Shown: positions 12,988 through 24,575 of the stretch, in pieces
How the letters are laid out: every line of letters starts with the position of its first letter
Numbering within the stretch: the stretch's first letter is position 1
Source of the DNA: Eledone cirrhosa
Lineage: Eukaryota
Direction: 5' to 3'
Assembly (NCBI GenBank): GCA_964016885.1
Contig: CAXHJY010001469.1
Location: forward strand, 1 to 30,490
Length of the DNA stretch: 30,490 bases
Program-made: the position numbers and the translations under genes
The notes under the pieces: generated by a model
The model's database searches: none
The model's input: the letters and a program-made list of their open reading frames with translations, nothing else
Told to the model about the DNA's origin: nothing

Positions 12988-13440
12988 TCTATATATATAA
13001 AACTGTGGTTGTCTGTCTGTCTATCGATTTTTGGCACACATCTCCTCTTAGAATCTCTCACGGAATTGCACCGAAATTGCTATACTTGTACATTGAGCCC
13101 TAGCGAAGACATCGGAAAAAAATATTTCAAATTGACCCACCCTATGTGACGAAATCGAATATAATGTATCGATTTTTGAGCGTAAGTTATCAGTTATTTC
13201 CCTTTGTTCTGTTTACATTGAGCGTCTTACGTAAAAAATTACGCTGGCTTTCTCAGCGTTTAAAATGACATTAACAGTTGTCGAGCCAGCAAAATATTGA
13301 CCTGCAAAATTCATCAGTCCGAACACTAAGCTTCCGTTTTGCTTCATTTCCATTTAAAAGCATTTTAAAACAATAGTTTTACTTGAAAACAAGTCTATTT
13401 AAAGACTACGTAAAACAAGCAAATATTTCGTCGTTAGGCG
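12988..13440 (+). mobile_element. Probable non-autonomous Helitron 5' portion
   Basis: Starts after an A with TCTATATATATAAAA followed by (GTCT)n, a layout typical of invertebrate non-autonomous Helitrons, exactly where the PLE-2 arm stops. No 3' hairpin/CTRR end was found, so the right boundary is approximate. Confidence 0.55.
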
Positions 13441-13444
13441 TGCA

Positions 13445-13790
13445 GACAAGATGATATTTACCAAAAAGAACAAGTCAGGTCACCAGTTGGTGCTAACTGG
13501 TAACATGTATCCCAGTACAACCTGTCTCATGGTCGGGTCGTTGGCGACTAAACTGGCAACCCCACCAAGGTTTCTTGGTGAGGAGGGTGACTTTGCACCT
13601 CCTACAGGACTAAAAACAAAACCTGTCAAAGGGCAAAGGAGCTCTTAAGAGTCAATGGCCATCCAAAATCACCGGGAGAGATGACCCCTTAGCCTTTGTC
13701 AAGGCAGAATTCTAGGAGAAGGAAAACTCTGATATAACACCTGCAACCCTGATGGTATCCAATGATGTTGACTTGTTCTTCTTTTTGGTA
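13445..13790 (+). mobile_element. Probable RTE-type LINE 5' UTR fragment
   Basis: GC-richer structured sequence containing ctaggagaaggaaaactctga, a motif I associate with RTE 5' UTRs. No ORF follows. Confidence 0.4.
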
Positions 13791-13893
13791 AATATCATCT
13801 TGGTTAAGAGAGTGGGTACCGTATTTCTAATGGAATACACAGCCCATGTGCCTCAATATTGGAAGATAATTTAAATATTCAATAATTTAATGA

Positions 13894-14136
13894 TTTCTAC
13901 TTTAAGCACAAGGCTAATAATTCTGGGTGTGGGGGAAGTCGATTAAATCAACCTCAGTACATTACTGGTACTTTATTTATCGACTCCAGTACATTATTGG
14001 TACTTTATTTATCGACTACATAAGGATGAAAGGCAAGCTAACCTCGTCGAGATTTGAATTCAGACTGTAAAGGGCCGTAACTCTGTGCTGGAAAGCATAT
14101 TGTCCGACGCTCTACCGATACTGCCAATCCACCGCC
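13894..14136 (-). mobile_element. tRNA-derived octopus-type SINE with an internal 32-bp tandem duplication
   Basis: Minus strand begins ggcggtggattggcagtatcggtag (A-box-like), then ctgaattcaaatc (B-box-like), then gcctttcatcct..gtcgataaataaagtacc. The duplication spans 13955-14017. Confidence 0.85.
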
Positions 14137-14159
14137 GTGAAGGAATTTAATAATAAAAC

Positions 14160-14460
14160 CACCTGACTATCGTTAACCTGTTGTGTGTGGGTCACTTAAT
14201 CTGGATGGAGATCACCTTTGTTGTTCTTCCTTTACCAGATCCAGCTGGAACTCCTCTCCACTTCCTCTGCTATAGTCTTTAGTACTTTGCACCCAGTTAC
14301 TCAGAGATATTTCATGAGATTGTAGGCAGATATTTCTACCAACCCTCTCACTCCAGCCTGTAGGGGTGAGGACTTTGACCTGGAAATCTGCTTTTTAGAT
14401 AACTTTGTGTCTCCTGTATGTCTGTCATTCTCGTAATCATAGCTGTTAATAGATCGATAT
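14160..14460 (-). pseudogene. HERO/R2-superfamily LINE C-terminal (restriction-like endonuclease) fragment
   Basis: Minus-strand translation ADFQVKVL/PLQAGVRGLVEISAYNLMKYL*VTGCKVLKTIAEEVERSSSWIW*RK resembles the PVEVGCRG...AAERSS.W.W C-terminal motif. Confidence 0.65.
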
Positions 14461-14899
14461 CGATTAACGGCATGACAACCTTCCCGCTCTGTAAGGGTAG
14501 GCCCTTCGGCTAGGATGTCATACGTTGTGACATTTTCTCAACTGACAACATTGTGTGTTCAGTGACCAGCCCAGGCTTTGCTGCTCGTCATGTCAAAGTA
14601 TCGGCCACCCTTTGATATGTTTGTGATTGAGATTTTGGCAGTGGAGAATTCCAGTGTTCTCGTCCCCCGCCTGACCAAATCCCCCTTCGCACGGCTATCG
14701 GAGGGGAGTTAGCTACCCACAAGTGTGAGCCCCGTGAGGTGCAGTGGCTGTTTCAGTATGTCTCCCTAGCTCCAGAACCACAAGACAGACTGACTCTTAA
14801 GTTTCATCTATGGTGGTTGCATCTAGAATATATTTATTTAAGCACTATTGTTATTTTAATAAAAAATGAAAAACCTGTGTTTGTTTTTTTTTTATTCAC

Positions 14900-15150
14900 A
14901 AAATTAATGTTGAAAATAAACAATAAAATGCAAGGATTTAATAATAAAATTCAACATGTTTTTTTTTTATTCACAGGAAATATATTTAGTGTATTTTGTT
15001 TTAAAACTCTTCCTAGTTTTCCCTGTAGCAGCTCTGTCTTTAGCAAATTTTTCGGTGGATTTAAATGTTTCTTTCAAGATTGAGATCAAAGACAGTAAAT
15101 TGTTGATTCAATTCTTCAGCAGTGCTAAATATTTTCTGATAACTGTAATC
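14900..15150 (+). repeat. Repeat block C, inverted relative to 17210-17337 and 18388-18603
   Basis: tgttgaaaataaacaataaaatg...aaatattttctga matches both downstream copies as a diverged reverse complement. Confidence 0.85.
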
Positions 15151-15221
15151 ACCATTTAATATTGTTAATTAGTCGGCGATTGTCTTGTTGCCTTAAGTCC
15201 CCAAAGTGAATGATAGTACAA

Positions 15222-15300
15222 GACTCCCTCCTGGACAGGCCGCCAGTCCATCACAGGGTTAACCCCCCCACCTATTACTGGTACTCATGTTCAGGTGAAT
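15222..15300 (-). mobile_element. SINE central-domain fragment
   Basis: cgccagtccatcacagggttaacccc...ctggtactca is the reverse complement of the related fragment at ~16175-16230. Confidence 0.55.
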
Positions 15301-15537
15301 TAAAGATATAGAGAGAGAGGAATTAATTATAGAAATAAGGGAAGGTAAACATCCCCAACGTGACACATTGCTACAGAAAATATTAGGGTTCGCTTCTAAA
15401 TATTTTTAATGGCAAGCCAAAACATTGACGACATTGCTGCAGGTAACAATGAAACTAAGGTACTGTAATGTGTACATTTATTAGTATTGTGTTATATTAA
15501 AATTTTATTCAGAGTGTTGTAGCTTTCGAGACGTTTG

Positions 15538-15847
15538 GGTTCCTAAATCTCGCGCTTGCGCATTCAACTCCATCCAAAACAAGAAAAAAAAATGGCCGTC
15601 AGTTTGTAGAATGTTACGAGCTTTACAGAAACTCTTGCTAAATAGTTTATTAATGGACAAGAGCAGTTTTCTGAAAGGTAACGTAGATTTTTATATTATG
15701 TTGAGATATTATTGTAAATCTTTCCCTCTTAGTCTCCTTCGTATGATCTACTATTTACACCTACCTAGTTGTTCTCTTGTGAACGTATTCTTAATTAAAT
15801 ACACACTCACCTGTTTCAATTATACAGTATATTAAATTTATATTTTT
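15538..15847 (+). repeat. Repeat block B, inverted copy of 19115-19420
   Basis: Homologous translations in the track: 15611-15835(+) and 19126-19434(-) share KLLLN.L..DKSSF.KGN.DF.IMLRY.CK.FPLSLL. Confidence 0.9.
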
Positions 15848-16114
15848 TCTTAATAAATATGTATCTAGTGTAGTTTAAAAATTGTTCCTACTTCTTCCTG
15901 GGGTAGTTCCTTTGTCTTTATCAAATCCTTCTGTCGACTATTTCTCTCTATCACTGTGTGGTTGTCTTCCTCTCAAGATCTAACTCACTAACACCAATCG
16001 AATCTTGCGGGACTTTTTAAACCTGGGAAAATCTTATCTCCCGTATTTAATTCTATACACCTAAGTTTTGTTTTCATCTTAACAGTATATGTCTGTACCT
16101 GTAATTAAGTGAGT

Positions 16115-16232
16115 CTTGTCACACTCCCTTGAGAAAAACACTTCATTCCACGTGGCTCCAGTATACTTAGCTGAGTCTGAGTACCAGCAGTATCTTGGGG
16201 TTTAACCCTGCCATAGACTGGCGTCCTAACCA
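16115..16232 (+). mobile_element. SINE central-domain fragment
   Basis: tccttgagaaaaacacttcattcccacgtggctccagtatacttagctgag..gagtaccagc..ggtttaaccctgccatagactggcgtcc is a typical conserved SINE core sequence. Confidence 0.6.
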
Positions 16233-16852
16233 ATTTTCCCTTCGTAACCAGTCATTTTAAAGTTTTGTTTTCGTCTTAATAGTCCAAGAACAGTGTTGAT
16301 TATTTTGTCAGACACTGTACCATTTGTACTTGTTGGTAATACCTGCAGTACGTTGGTGTCTACTCTATCACCCTAATAGATTACCTAGTCTGAGGAGACG
16401 AGTCCAGCCCATCTATAAGTTCATTGCTGTTGAATCCAGGTTTGTTGCTCTTCATTGTATGATTTGCTCCACTGTGGTCTGGGCCGGCCCCGAATAGTCC
16501 CACTTAGCAATCAATCTTTACGAATAAGTCTAGCTGTTGTCTCTCCCATTTGACTTTGTCGATGGGTGAAATGTTATCTTCTTGCCTTGCTCCTCGTTAG
16601 AACGTACATAAAGTTCTTGGGAGGTTAAAAGACAGGTCCACCTTTTTTAACCATCAAGGGTTCTAAGTATCAAGAATGTAAAATAAGTATCTAAGGTTCG
16701 AATTCAACTGTCTTCCAAGAATATAATTGACCATCAAGGGTTCTAAGTATCAAAATGTAATAAGAACCTTCAAGTATGTAAAGAAATTATCTCAGGTTGT
16801 ATGGATAGACAGACAGACCTAACATTATATTAGATGTAACTGTGGGCCGTTA

Positions 16853-17200
16853 TATATATCTCATCAGATATGCGCATTTATATGTGCAAAAACGCCGCAT
16901 GTAACTTTAATTACATATGTAGGGGGCGGCGATCGAGTAATTGGACTGTAGACCCTATCGGTAAAACAGCCGAAAAAACCTCGTAGGGGACACACCCTAG
17001 ATGCAGGGTACAATCATAATGACCGGCCCGGCTCTGCCTCTATATCTCATCAGATATGCGAGTTTATATGTGCATAAACACATTCACTTCGCCTGTAACA
17101 GTAATTACGGACTTACCTAACATATATGTGTGTAGTTGGCGGGGATCGGGTAAGTGGGCCTATCGTTAAAACACCCGGTAAAACATCAAAGGAGACACCC
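16853..17200 (+). repeat. Two tandem copies of a ~190-bp unit D, with a third copy at 18156-18365
   Basis: tatatctcatcagatatgcg at ~16855 and ~17041; ggtacaatcataatgac..cccggctctgcctc at ~17007 and 18156; cctatcg(g/t)taaaaca in all three copies. Confidence 0.88.
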
Positions 17201-17337
17201 GTATAATAACAGAACTGCTACAGGGAAAACTAGGAAGAGTTTAAAAAAAACTACACAAGATATATTTTTTGTGAATAAAAAGAAACATGTTGAATTTTAT
17301 TATTAAATCCTTACATTTTATTGTTTATTTTCAACAC

Positions 17338-18067
17338 TGGAAGCCGTAGTCCCACTCCTATATGCAGGGGATCTCGTCGTTTGATTTGATTTGGAGACAA
17401 TATCGTTCGGCACACCCGGAATGACGAAGCAGCCTTCTCTCGGGACAGTACTGCTTGCTCCATATGGAGAGGGGTCTAGAAAAGTTGTGCTAAACCACAG
17501 TATACTGTATATCAGGGACGTTAAAAGGCAGGCCCATTCTTTTATCTCAGAGAAAGAGTCTTGCTGAGTATCACTGCGGAGGTATTCCCCCGGCTAGTCT
17601 CCCACACCACCCAGTTGGCAAACCGTGGTTAACGGGCACCTTTTCACGCAGCCGAAAATCATCAAAGAATAAAAGGTACCTAACCTAAAGAATAAAAATC
17701 ATCAAAGAATAAAAGGTACCTAACCCACCTTCAATGGACCAAAAATCACATGCTGGAACCTCAGGACCTTGCTAGACACAGTCACCCAGAGTATGTCAAT
17801 CTGTTTTAATTCCACACCAACTGTCAACACTGAATGTTGACATCGCTTCTCTCAGTGAGGTCCACTTCCCAGAGGAAGGCCACCTACAAGACCATGGCAC
17901 CAGATACACCCTCTACTGGTCAAGTAAACCAGCAGCAATGAGACGCCTTTCAGGAGTGGGTTTCATGGTCAGGAGTTCTATCACTTCCAAGCTTGAAAAC
18001 CTGCCAACAGGTCATTCTGACCGCATCATCTCTATGTCGGTCCCACTCAGTAATCAACTACATACCA
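17338..18067 (+). mobile_element. RTE-BovB-like LINE 5' fragment: UTR plus N-terminus of the AP endonuclease, truncated at (TA)n
   Basis: From ~17735: KITCWNLRTLLD../..LSTLNVDIASLSEVHFPEEGHLQDHGTRYTLYWSSKP..RLSGVGFMVRSSITSKLENLPTGHSDRIISM. Confidence 0.9.
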
Positions 18068-18687
18068 TATATATATATATATAAGCAGCATCGAAGTCAA
18101 TTGCAGCATATATATAAACTTTATTGGTATATTGCAATCGTATCGATAATCTCATGGTACAATCATAATGACTGGGGCCCGGCTCTGCCTCAATATCTCA
18201 TTAAATATGCGAGTTTATATGAGCAAACACACACACCGCCTGTAACTTTAATTACGGACTTACTTAACATATGTGTGTAGGAGTGAGGATTGAATAACTG
18301 CACTGTGGACCCTATCGTTAAAACACCTGAGAAAACTTCATGAGACACACACCCCTAGATGCTGCTGCAGAATACAAAATGAATTTACAACAGTTTCAGA
18401 AAATATTTAGCACGGTTGAAGAATTGAATCAACAATTTAAGGTCTTTCATCTCTATCTTGAAAGAAACATTTAAATACAGCGAAATATTAACTAAAACTA
18501 AGAAGAGTTTTAAAGAAATACACTCGATAAATTATCTGAATAAAAAAGAAACACGTTGAATTTTATTAAATCCCTACATTTTATTGTTTATTTTCAACAT
18601 GAATTGGAACACTTGGTCTGTGTATTTCATTAGGAATACGGTAAGAAGAGACTTCACCTGGATAGGACGACAGTCGATTGCAAGGTT

Positions 18688-19052
18688 AAAGTTCTCACCT
18701 CTAAAACCACCTATTGTTAGGAATTCTCACCATTGTCCTGTCAAAAGACAACTATGATAAATGTATATACCACTTGACCTGTGACCCCAGGAAGAAGTAG
18801 GAACTACTATGGGTCTGTAGAAAGTGAATGTTTCACATCGTTATTCTGCTGCTTCGTTCTCTCTGTTTGTCCAAGCCATTGTATTTATAACCCTAAAGCT
18901 AGAGGGATGTGTAAATAGCTCGATTTAGGAGTAGCCATGTGTTTCATCTATCAAGTACCTGGGGTGACAAGTCAAACGTTTATCATAGTTGTCTTTTGAC
19001 AGGACAATGGTGAGAATTCCTAACAAAAGGTGGTTTTACAGGCCACAACTTT
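18688..19052. mobile_element. MITE-like element with ~100-bp imperfect terminal inverted repeats
   Basis: taaaaccacctattgttaggaattctcaccattgtcctgtcaaaagacaactatgataaa (from 18702) is the reverse complement of ~18979-19038, with weaker matches extending both outward and inward. Confidence 0.75.
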
Positions 19053-19114
19053 TAGATTCGGTTTCGATTCTTCGACAGGTAAAACATAATTAATTTGTAA
19101 CAGAATTCGACTAA

Positions 19115-19465
19115 TAAAAAATATGTTAAATGTTGTTATATTGGCAATGTAATGAAACAGGTGTGTATCTCATTAAGAATAGGTTAACAACTAGGCAGGT
19201 GTAAATAGTAGATGATAGGAGACTAAGAGGGAAAGGTTTACAAAAATATCTCAACATAATATCAAAATCTAAGTTACCTTTCGAAAAGCTGCTCTTGTCG
19301 TATGTTAAACCATTTAGCAAGAGTTTCGGGAAAGATTGGAAAATTCTACAAACTGACGGCCATTTTTTTTTTCTTATTTTGGATGGAGTTGAATGCGCAA
19401 GCGCGAGATTTAGAAACCCAGTGCGCATGTTCAAAGTATCCTGGCCATGCTACAGCACCTTTTAA
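19115..19465 (-). mobile_element. Possible left end of a Kolobok-like DNA transposon (block B)
   Basis: Minus strand begins TTAA|AAGGTGCTGTAGCATGGCC, followed by gcgcttgcgcat, aaaATGGCC and a donor-like AG|GTAAC. No right end was found. Confidence 0.35.
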
Positions 19466-19859
19466 GTATCCCTGGCCAAACTACAGCAATATCTAAACAG
19501 CGTGGCCATGCTACAGCACCTTGGATGTGGAGGTGGGGGTTGTAGGGGAAAGTAGAACCAAGAATTCTGGGACCAAGTTGATTGAGATGAGGCAAGAGTG
19601 AAATTATGGAAAATATCATCCATGTTAAATTTATCCTATCGATGACTGCATGATGATGATGATGAAGTCTATATATATATATATATATATATATAATAGT
19701 TTCAGAAGATCCCGTTAAGGGTGAAAGCAGCGATTCTTTGCTTAAACTTTAATGATATTTTAATAAATATATATATATATTATTCCTAATTAAACTATTT
19801 TTCACTGGGAACAATTTGTTCCCAGTGAAAATATATATATACATACATACATATATGTC

Positions 19860-20080
19860 TAGAGCAGGCAAAATTCCCGAGATCCATGGAGGAGTTCTTT
19901 CCAGCGGTCTCTGTCCCTCATTATCGCTGCCATGTCCTGCGTCTCCAACAGACTAGTGTCTGTCCTTAGGGCATCAACATGTCAACCTCTTCTAGTGTGT
20001 CCATGCAGGGGCTCCCACAGGAGCACTGAATGCAGTGTCAACTCTGGATGTTGGTGAGCATGTCCAGCTAACCTCAGTCT
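19860..20080 (-). pseudogene. RTE-group LINE C-terminal fragment
   Basis: RLRLAGHAHQHPELTLHSVLLWEPLHGHTRRG*..DALRTDTSLLETQDMAAIMRDRDRW. Confidence 0.85.
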
Positions 20081-20113
20081 ACATGTATATGAATATATAT
20101 ATATATATATATA

Positions 20114-21325
20114 TCATCATCGTTTAACGTCCATCTTCCACGCTACCATGGGTCTGGACGGGAATTGTCCCACTTGAGGCAAGATTGGTTGTCTGGCGGG
20201 TTTTCTACGGCTGGATGCCCTTCCTAACACCAACCACGTTTACAGTGTGGACTGGGAGGTTTTTACCGTGTTACCTACACGGCCACATTACAGCGTGGAC
20301 TGTGTGTTTTTTTGTCGTGACATCTACACGACCTCATTTATTTAGGACTGGATGTTGTGGTACCAACATAACTTTACATCGAAAGGGGTGGTGTGGATGG
20401 GGTGGGGGTAGTGGGACGGGGGTATATTTTGGTAAGAGGTGCCTACTGACTGTAGGTTTCGCTTTGTACTTAGGCAAGGCGGGTCTTCTGTATCACTGCG
20501 TAGCGACAAAGATCTCGGTCCAGTGACATTGTCTTGGAGAGGTGTAAGTGTGTGAGGTCGGAATTTATCAAGTCTTATCAGGTTTTTCTGGGTCTGCCTA
20601 CTCCGTGGCTACCGTCTATTTTGATCGCCCTGCACATTTTTATACAGCTGTCGTCTTTCATGCACATCACGTGACCATACAAATGTAGTCTTCTCTCGAG
20701 TAAACAACATCTGATCCCTCTTATTCCTAATTTCTCACTTAGTTCATTTATGCTTTGCCGTTCGCGTATATTACTATTACACATCCAACAGAGCATGCAA
20801 GCTTCGTTCCTCTCCAGTCTGCGCAGATCCTCTGCACACAATTTCCATGTCTCACTGCCATGTAACATTGCTGTTTGTATGCAGACATCATACAGCCTGC
20901 CTTTCTTTTTAAGAGAGAAACCTTTAGCGGCCAATAGTGGTATAAGCTCTCTGAACTTTTTCCATCCCGTTCTGACTCTAGCTACTGTACTTTCGGAGTA
21001 CCACCACTGCTGATTTTGTCGTCCAGGTAACGGAATATGTCCACTATTTCTATAGAACCATCTGTGCAATGGAATGAGCTAGTATTCTGTGGGTACTTGC
21101 TGCTACTTATTGCACCTGAGCACCAGCCATATATAAAATCTATATTCTTAGTTAGCTTACCTGTGATCCCACTACATCTTTTATGCACCCATACTTTACA
21201 TTTGGGACATAAAATCAAGTTTCTGCCTACTCCTTTCCTACACACCGAGCATGGCCATTTCCCAGATGGGACCAGTGCCCTATTTTCCTTCCTACATATT
21301 AGAACTTTAGTCTTAGACAAGTTAA
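20114..21325 (-). mobile_element. 5'-truncated RTE LINE: end of RT with a Cys-rich insert, C-terminal domain, 3' UTR and (TGA)n tail
   Basis: [42 protein letters not shown]../ARVRTGWKKFREL..MLHGSETW..RRLHLYGHV..GRPRKT; frameshift near 20995; catcatcat tail at ~20115. Confidence 0.95.
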
Positions 21326-21440
21326 TATGTATGTAGATATATATATGTATGTATATATACATACATACATATATATATGTATACAGACGCACAGTAGTAT
21401 GTATATATATATACATACATGCACACATATATACATACAC
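21322..21440 (-). repeat. Fragment of the 27698-28415 element family
   Basis: tatgtatacagacgcacagtagtatgtatatat...catgcacacatatatac matches the reverse complement of ~28265-28362. Confidence 0.7.
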
Positions 21441-21534
21441 ATATATATAAATATACATACATACACATGTATATATATATAAATATACATATATAAATAT
21501 ATATATATATAAATAAATATATATATATATAAAT

Positions 21535-21569
<35 letters not shown>

Positions 21570-22599
21570 AATATATATATATATAAATATATATATATAA
21601 ATATATATATATAAATATAAATATATATATATAAATATATATATATAAATATAAATATATAAATATATATATATAAATATATATATATAAATATAAATAT
21701 ATATATATAAATATATATATATAAATAAATATATATATAAATATATATATATATAAATATATATATATAAATATATATATATAAATATATATATATAAAT
21801 ATATATATATAAATATATATATATATAAATATATATATATATAAATATATATATATAAATATATATATATAAATATATATATATAAATATATATATATAA
21901 ATATATAAATAAATATATATATATAAATATATATATATAAATATATATATAAATATATAAATAAATATATATATATAAAAATATATAAATAAATATATAT
22001 ATATAAAAATATATAAATAAATATATATATAAAAATATATATATATAAATATATACATATAATATATATATATATATAAATATAAATATATAAATATATA
22101 TATATAAATGTATATATATAAATATAAATATACATATATAAATATATATATAAATATATATATATAAATATAAATATACATATATAAATATATATATAAA
22201 TATATATATATATAAATATAAATATATAAATATAAATATATAAATATAAATATATATATATAAATATATATATATAAATATAAATATATATATAAATATA
22301 TATATATAAATATATATATATAAATATATATATATAAATATATATATAAATATATATATATAAATATAAATATATAAATATATATATAAATATATATATA
22401 TAAATATATATATATATAAATATAAATATATATATATAAATATAAATATATATATATATAAATGTATATATATATAAATGTATATATATATAAATGTATA
22501 TATATATATAAATATATATATATAAATATATATATAAATATATATAAATATATATAAATATAAATATATATATATAAAAATATATATATATATAAAAAT

Positions 22600-22634
<35 letters not shown>

Positions 22635-22665
22635 AATATATAAAAATATATATATATATAAAAAT

Positions 22666-22762
<97 letters not shown>

Positions 22763-22895
22763 AATATATATATAAATATATATATAAATATATATATAAA
22801 TATATATATAAATATATATAAATATATATATATATATAAATATATATAAATATATATAAATATATATATATATATAAATATATATAAATATATAT

Positions 22896-22928
<33 letters not shown>

Positions 22929-22949
22929 TATAAATATATATATAAATAT

Positions 22950-22980
<31 letters not shown>

Positions 22981-23009
22981 AATATATATAAATATATATA
23001 TATATAAAT

Positions 23010-23062
<53 letters not shown>

Positions 23063-23364
23063 AATATAAATATATAAATATATATATAAATATATATATA
23101 TAAATATATAAATATAAATATATATAAATATATATATATAAATATATAAATATAAATATATATAAATATATATATATAAATATATAAATATAAATATATA
23201 AATATAAATATATATATATATAAATATATATATATATAAATATAAATATATATATATATAAATATATATATATATAAATATAAATAAATATATATATAAA
23301 ATATATATATAAATATAAATAAATATATATATAAATATATATATATATAAATATATAAAAATAT

Positions 23365-23449
<85 letters not shown>

Positions 23450-23625
23450 AATATATATCATCATCATCAACGTTTAACGTCCGTGTTCCACGCTTGCATG
23501 GGTTTGGACGGGGGTAGTCCCACTTGAGGCAAGAGTGATTGTCTTGCTCGCATAGGATATATATATATATATATATAAATATATATATAAATATCTATAT
23601 ATATATAAATATATATATATATATC

Positions 23626-23701
<76 letters not shown>

Positions 23702-23772
23702 AATATATAAATATATATAAATATATAAATATATATATATATAAATATATATAAATATATATATATATATAA

Positions 23773-23857
<85 letters not shown>

Positions 23858-23858
23858 A

Positions 23859-23891
<33 letters not shown>

Positions 23892-24050
23892 AATATATAT
23901 AAATATATATATATATAAATATATATATATAAATATATATATAAATATATATATATATAAATATATATATAAATATATATATATATAAATATATATATAT
24001 AAATATATATATAAATATATATATATATAAATATATATATAAATATATAA

Positions 24051-24081
<31 letters not shown>

Positions 24082-24142
24082 TATATATAAATATATATAT
24101 AAATATATATATAAATAAATAAATATATATAAATATATATAA

Positions 24143-24175
<33 letters not shown>

Positions 24176-24204
24176 AATATATATATATAAATATATATAT
24201 AAAT

Positions 24205-24259
<55 letters not shown>

Positions 24260-24310
24260 AATATATAAATATATATATAAATATATATATATAAATATAT
24301 ATAAATATAT

Positions 24311-24341
<31 letters not shown>

Positions 24342-24412
24342 AATATATATAAATATATATATATATATAAATATATATAAATATATATATATATATAAAT
24401 ATATATAAATAT

Positions 24413-24443
<31 letters not shown>

Positions 24444-24458
24444 AATATATATAAATAT

Positions 24459-24489
<31 letters not shown>

Positions 24490-24506
24490 AATATATAAAT
24501 ATATAT

Positions 24507-24575
<69 letters not shown>

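Noticed and set aside
14700-14775. HDV-like ribozyme in the putative HERO 5' region (GG-hairpin-GCUAA-CUCCC)
   Set aside because: P1 and P3 could not be built with acceptable spacing.
14739-15835. Short ORFs in blocks C and B as host exons
   Set aside because: Paralogous copies carry stops and indels and no domain is recognisable.
16855-17060. CTGATGAG on the minus strand of repeat D copies (also CTGATGA near 13313 and CTGAGGA near 16390)
   Set aside because: No stem II-GAAA-stem III follows.
19442-19522. CRISPR-like repeat-spacer pattern (also short duplications at 16651/16731 and 17655/17694)
   Set aside because: Only 2-3 irregular copies, eukaryotic context and no cas genes; these are simple local duplications.
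19530-19665. Possible further LINE 3' end with a (TGA)n tail
   Set aside because: Too degenerate to assign from translation.
19695-19740. Hammerhead-like CAGAAGA tccc gttaa gggt GAAA
   Set aside because: The core has U4 changed to A, and there is no NUH triplet or adjacent stem I partner; at most a decayed remnant.
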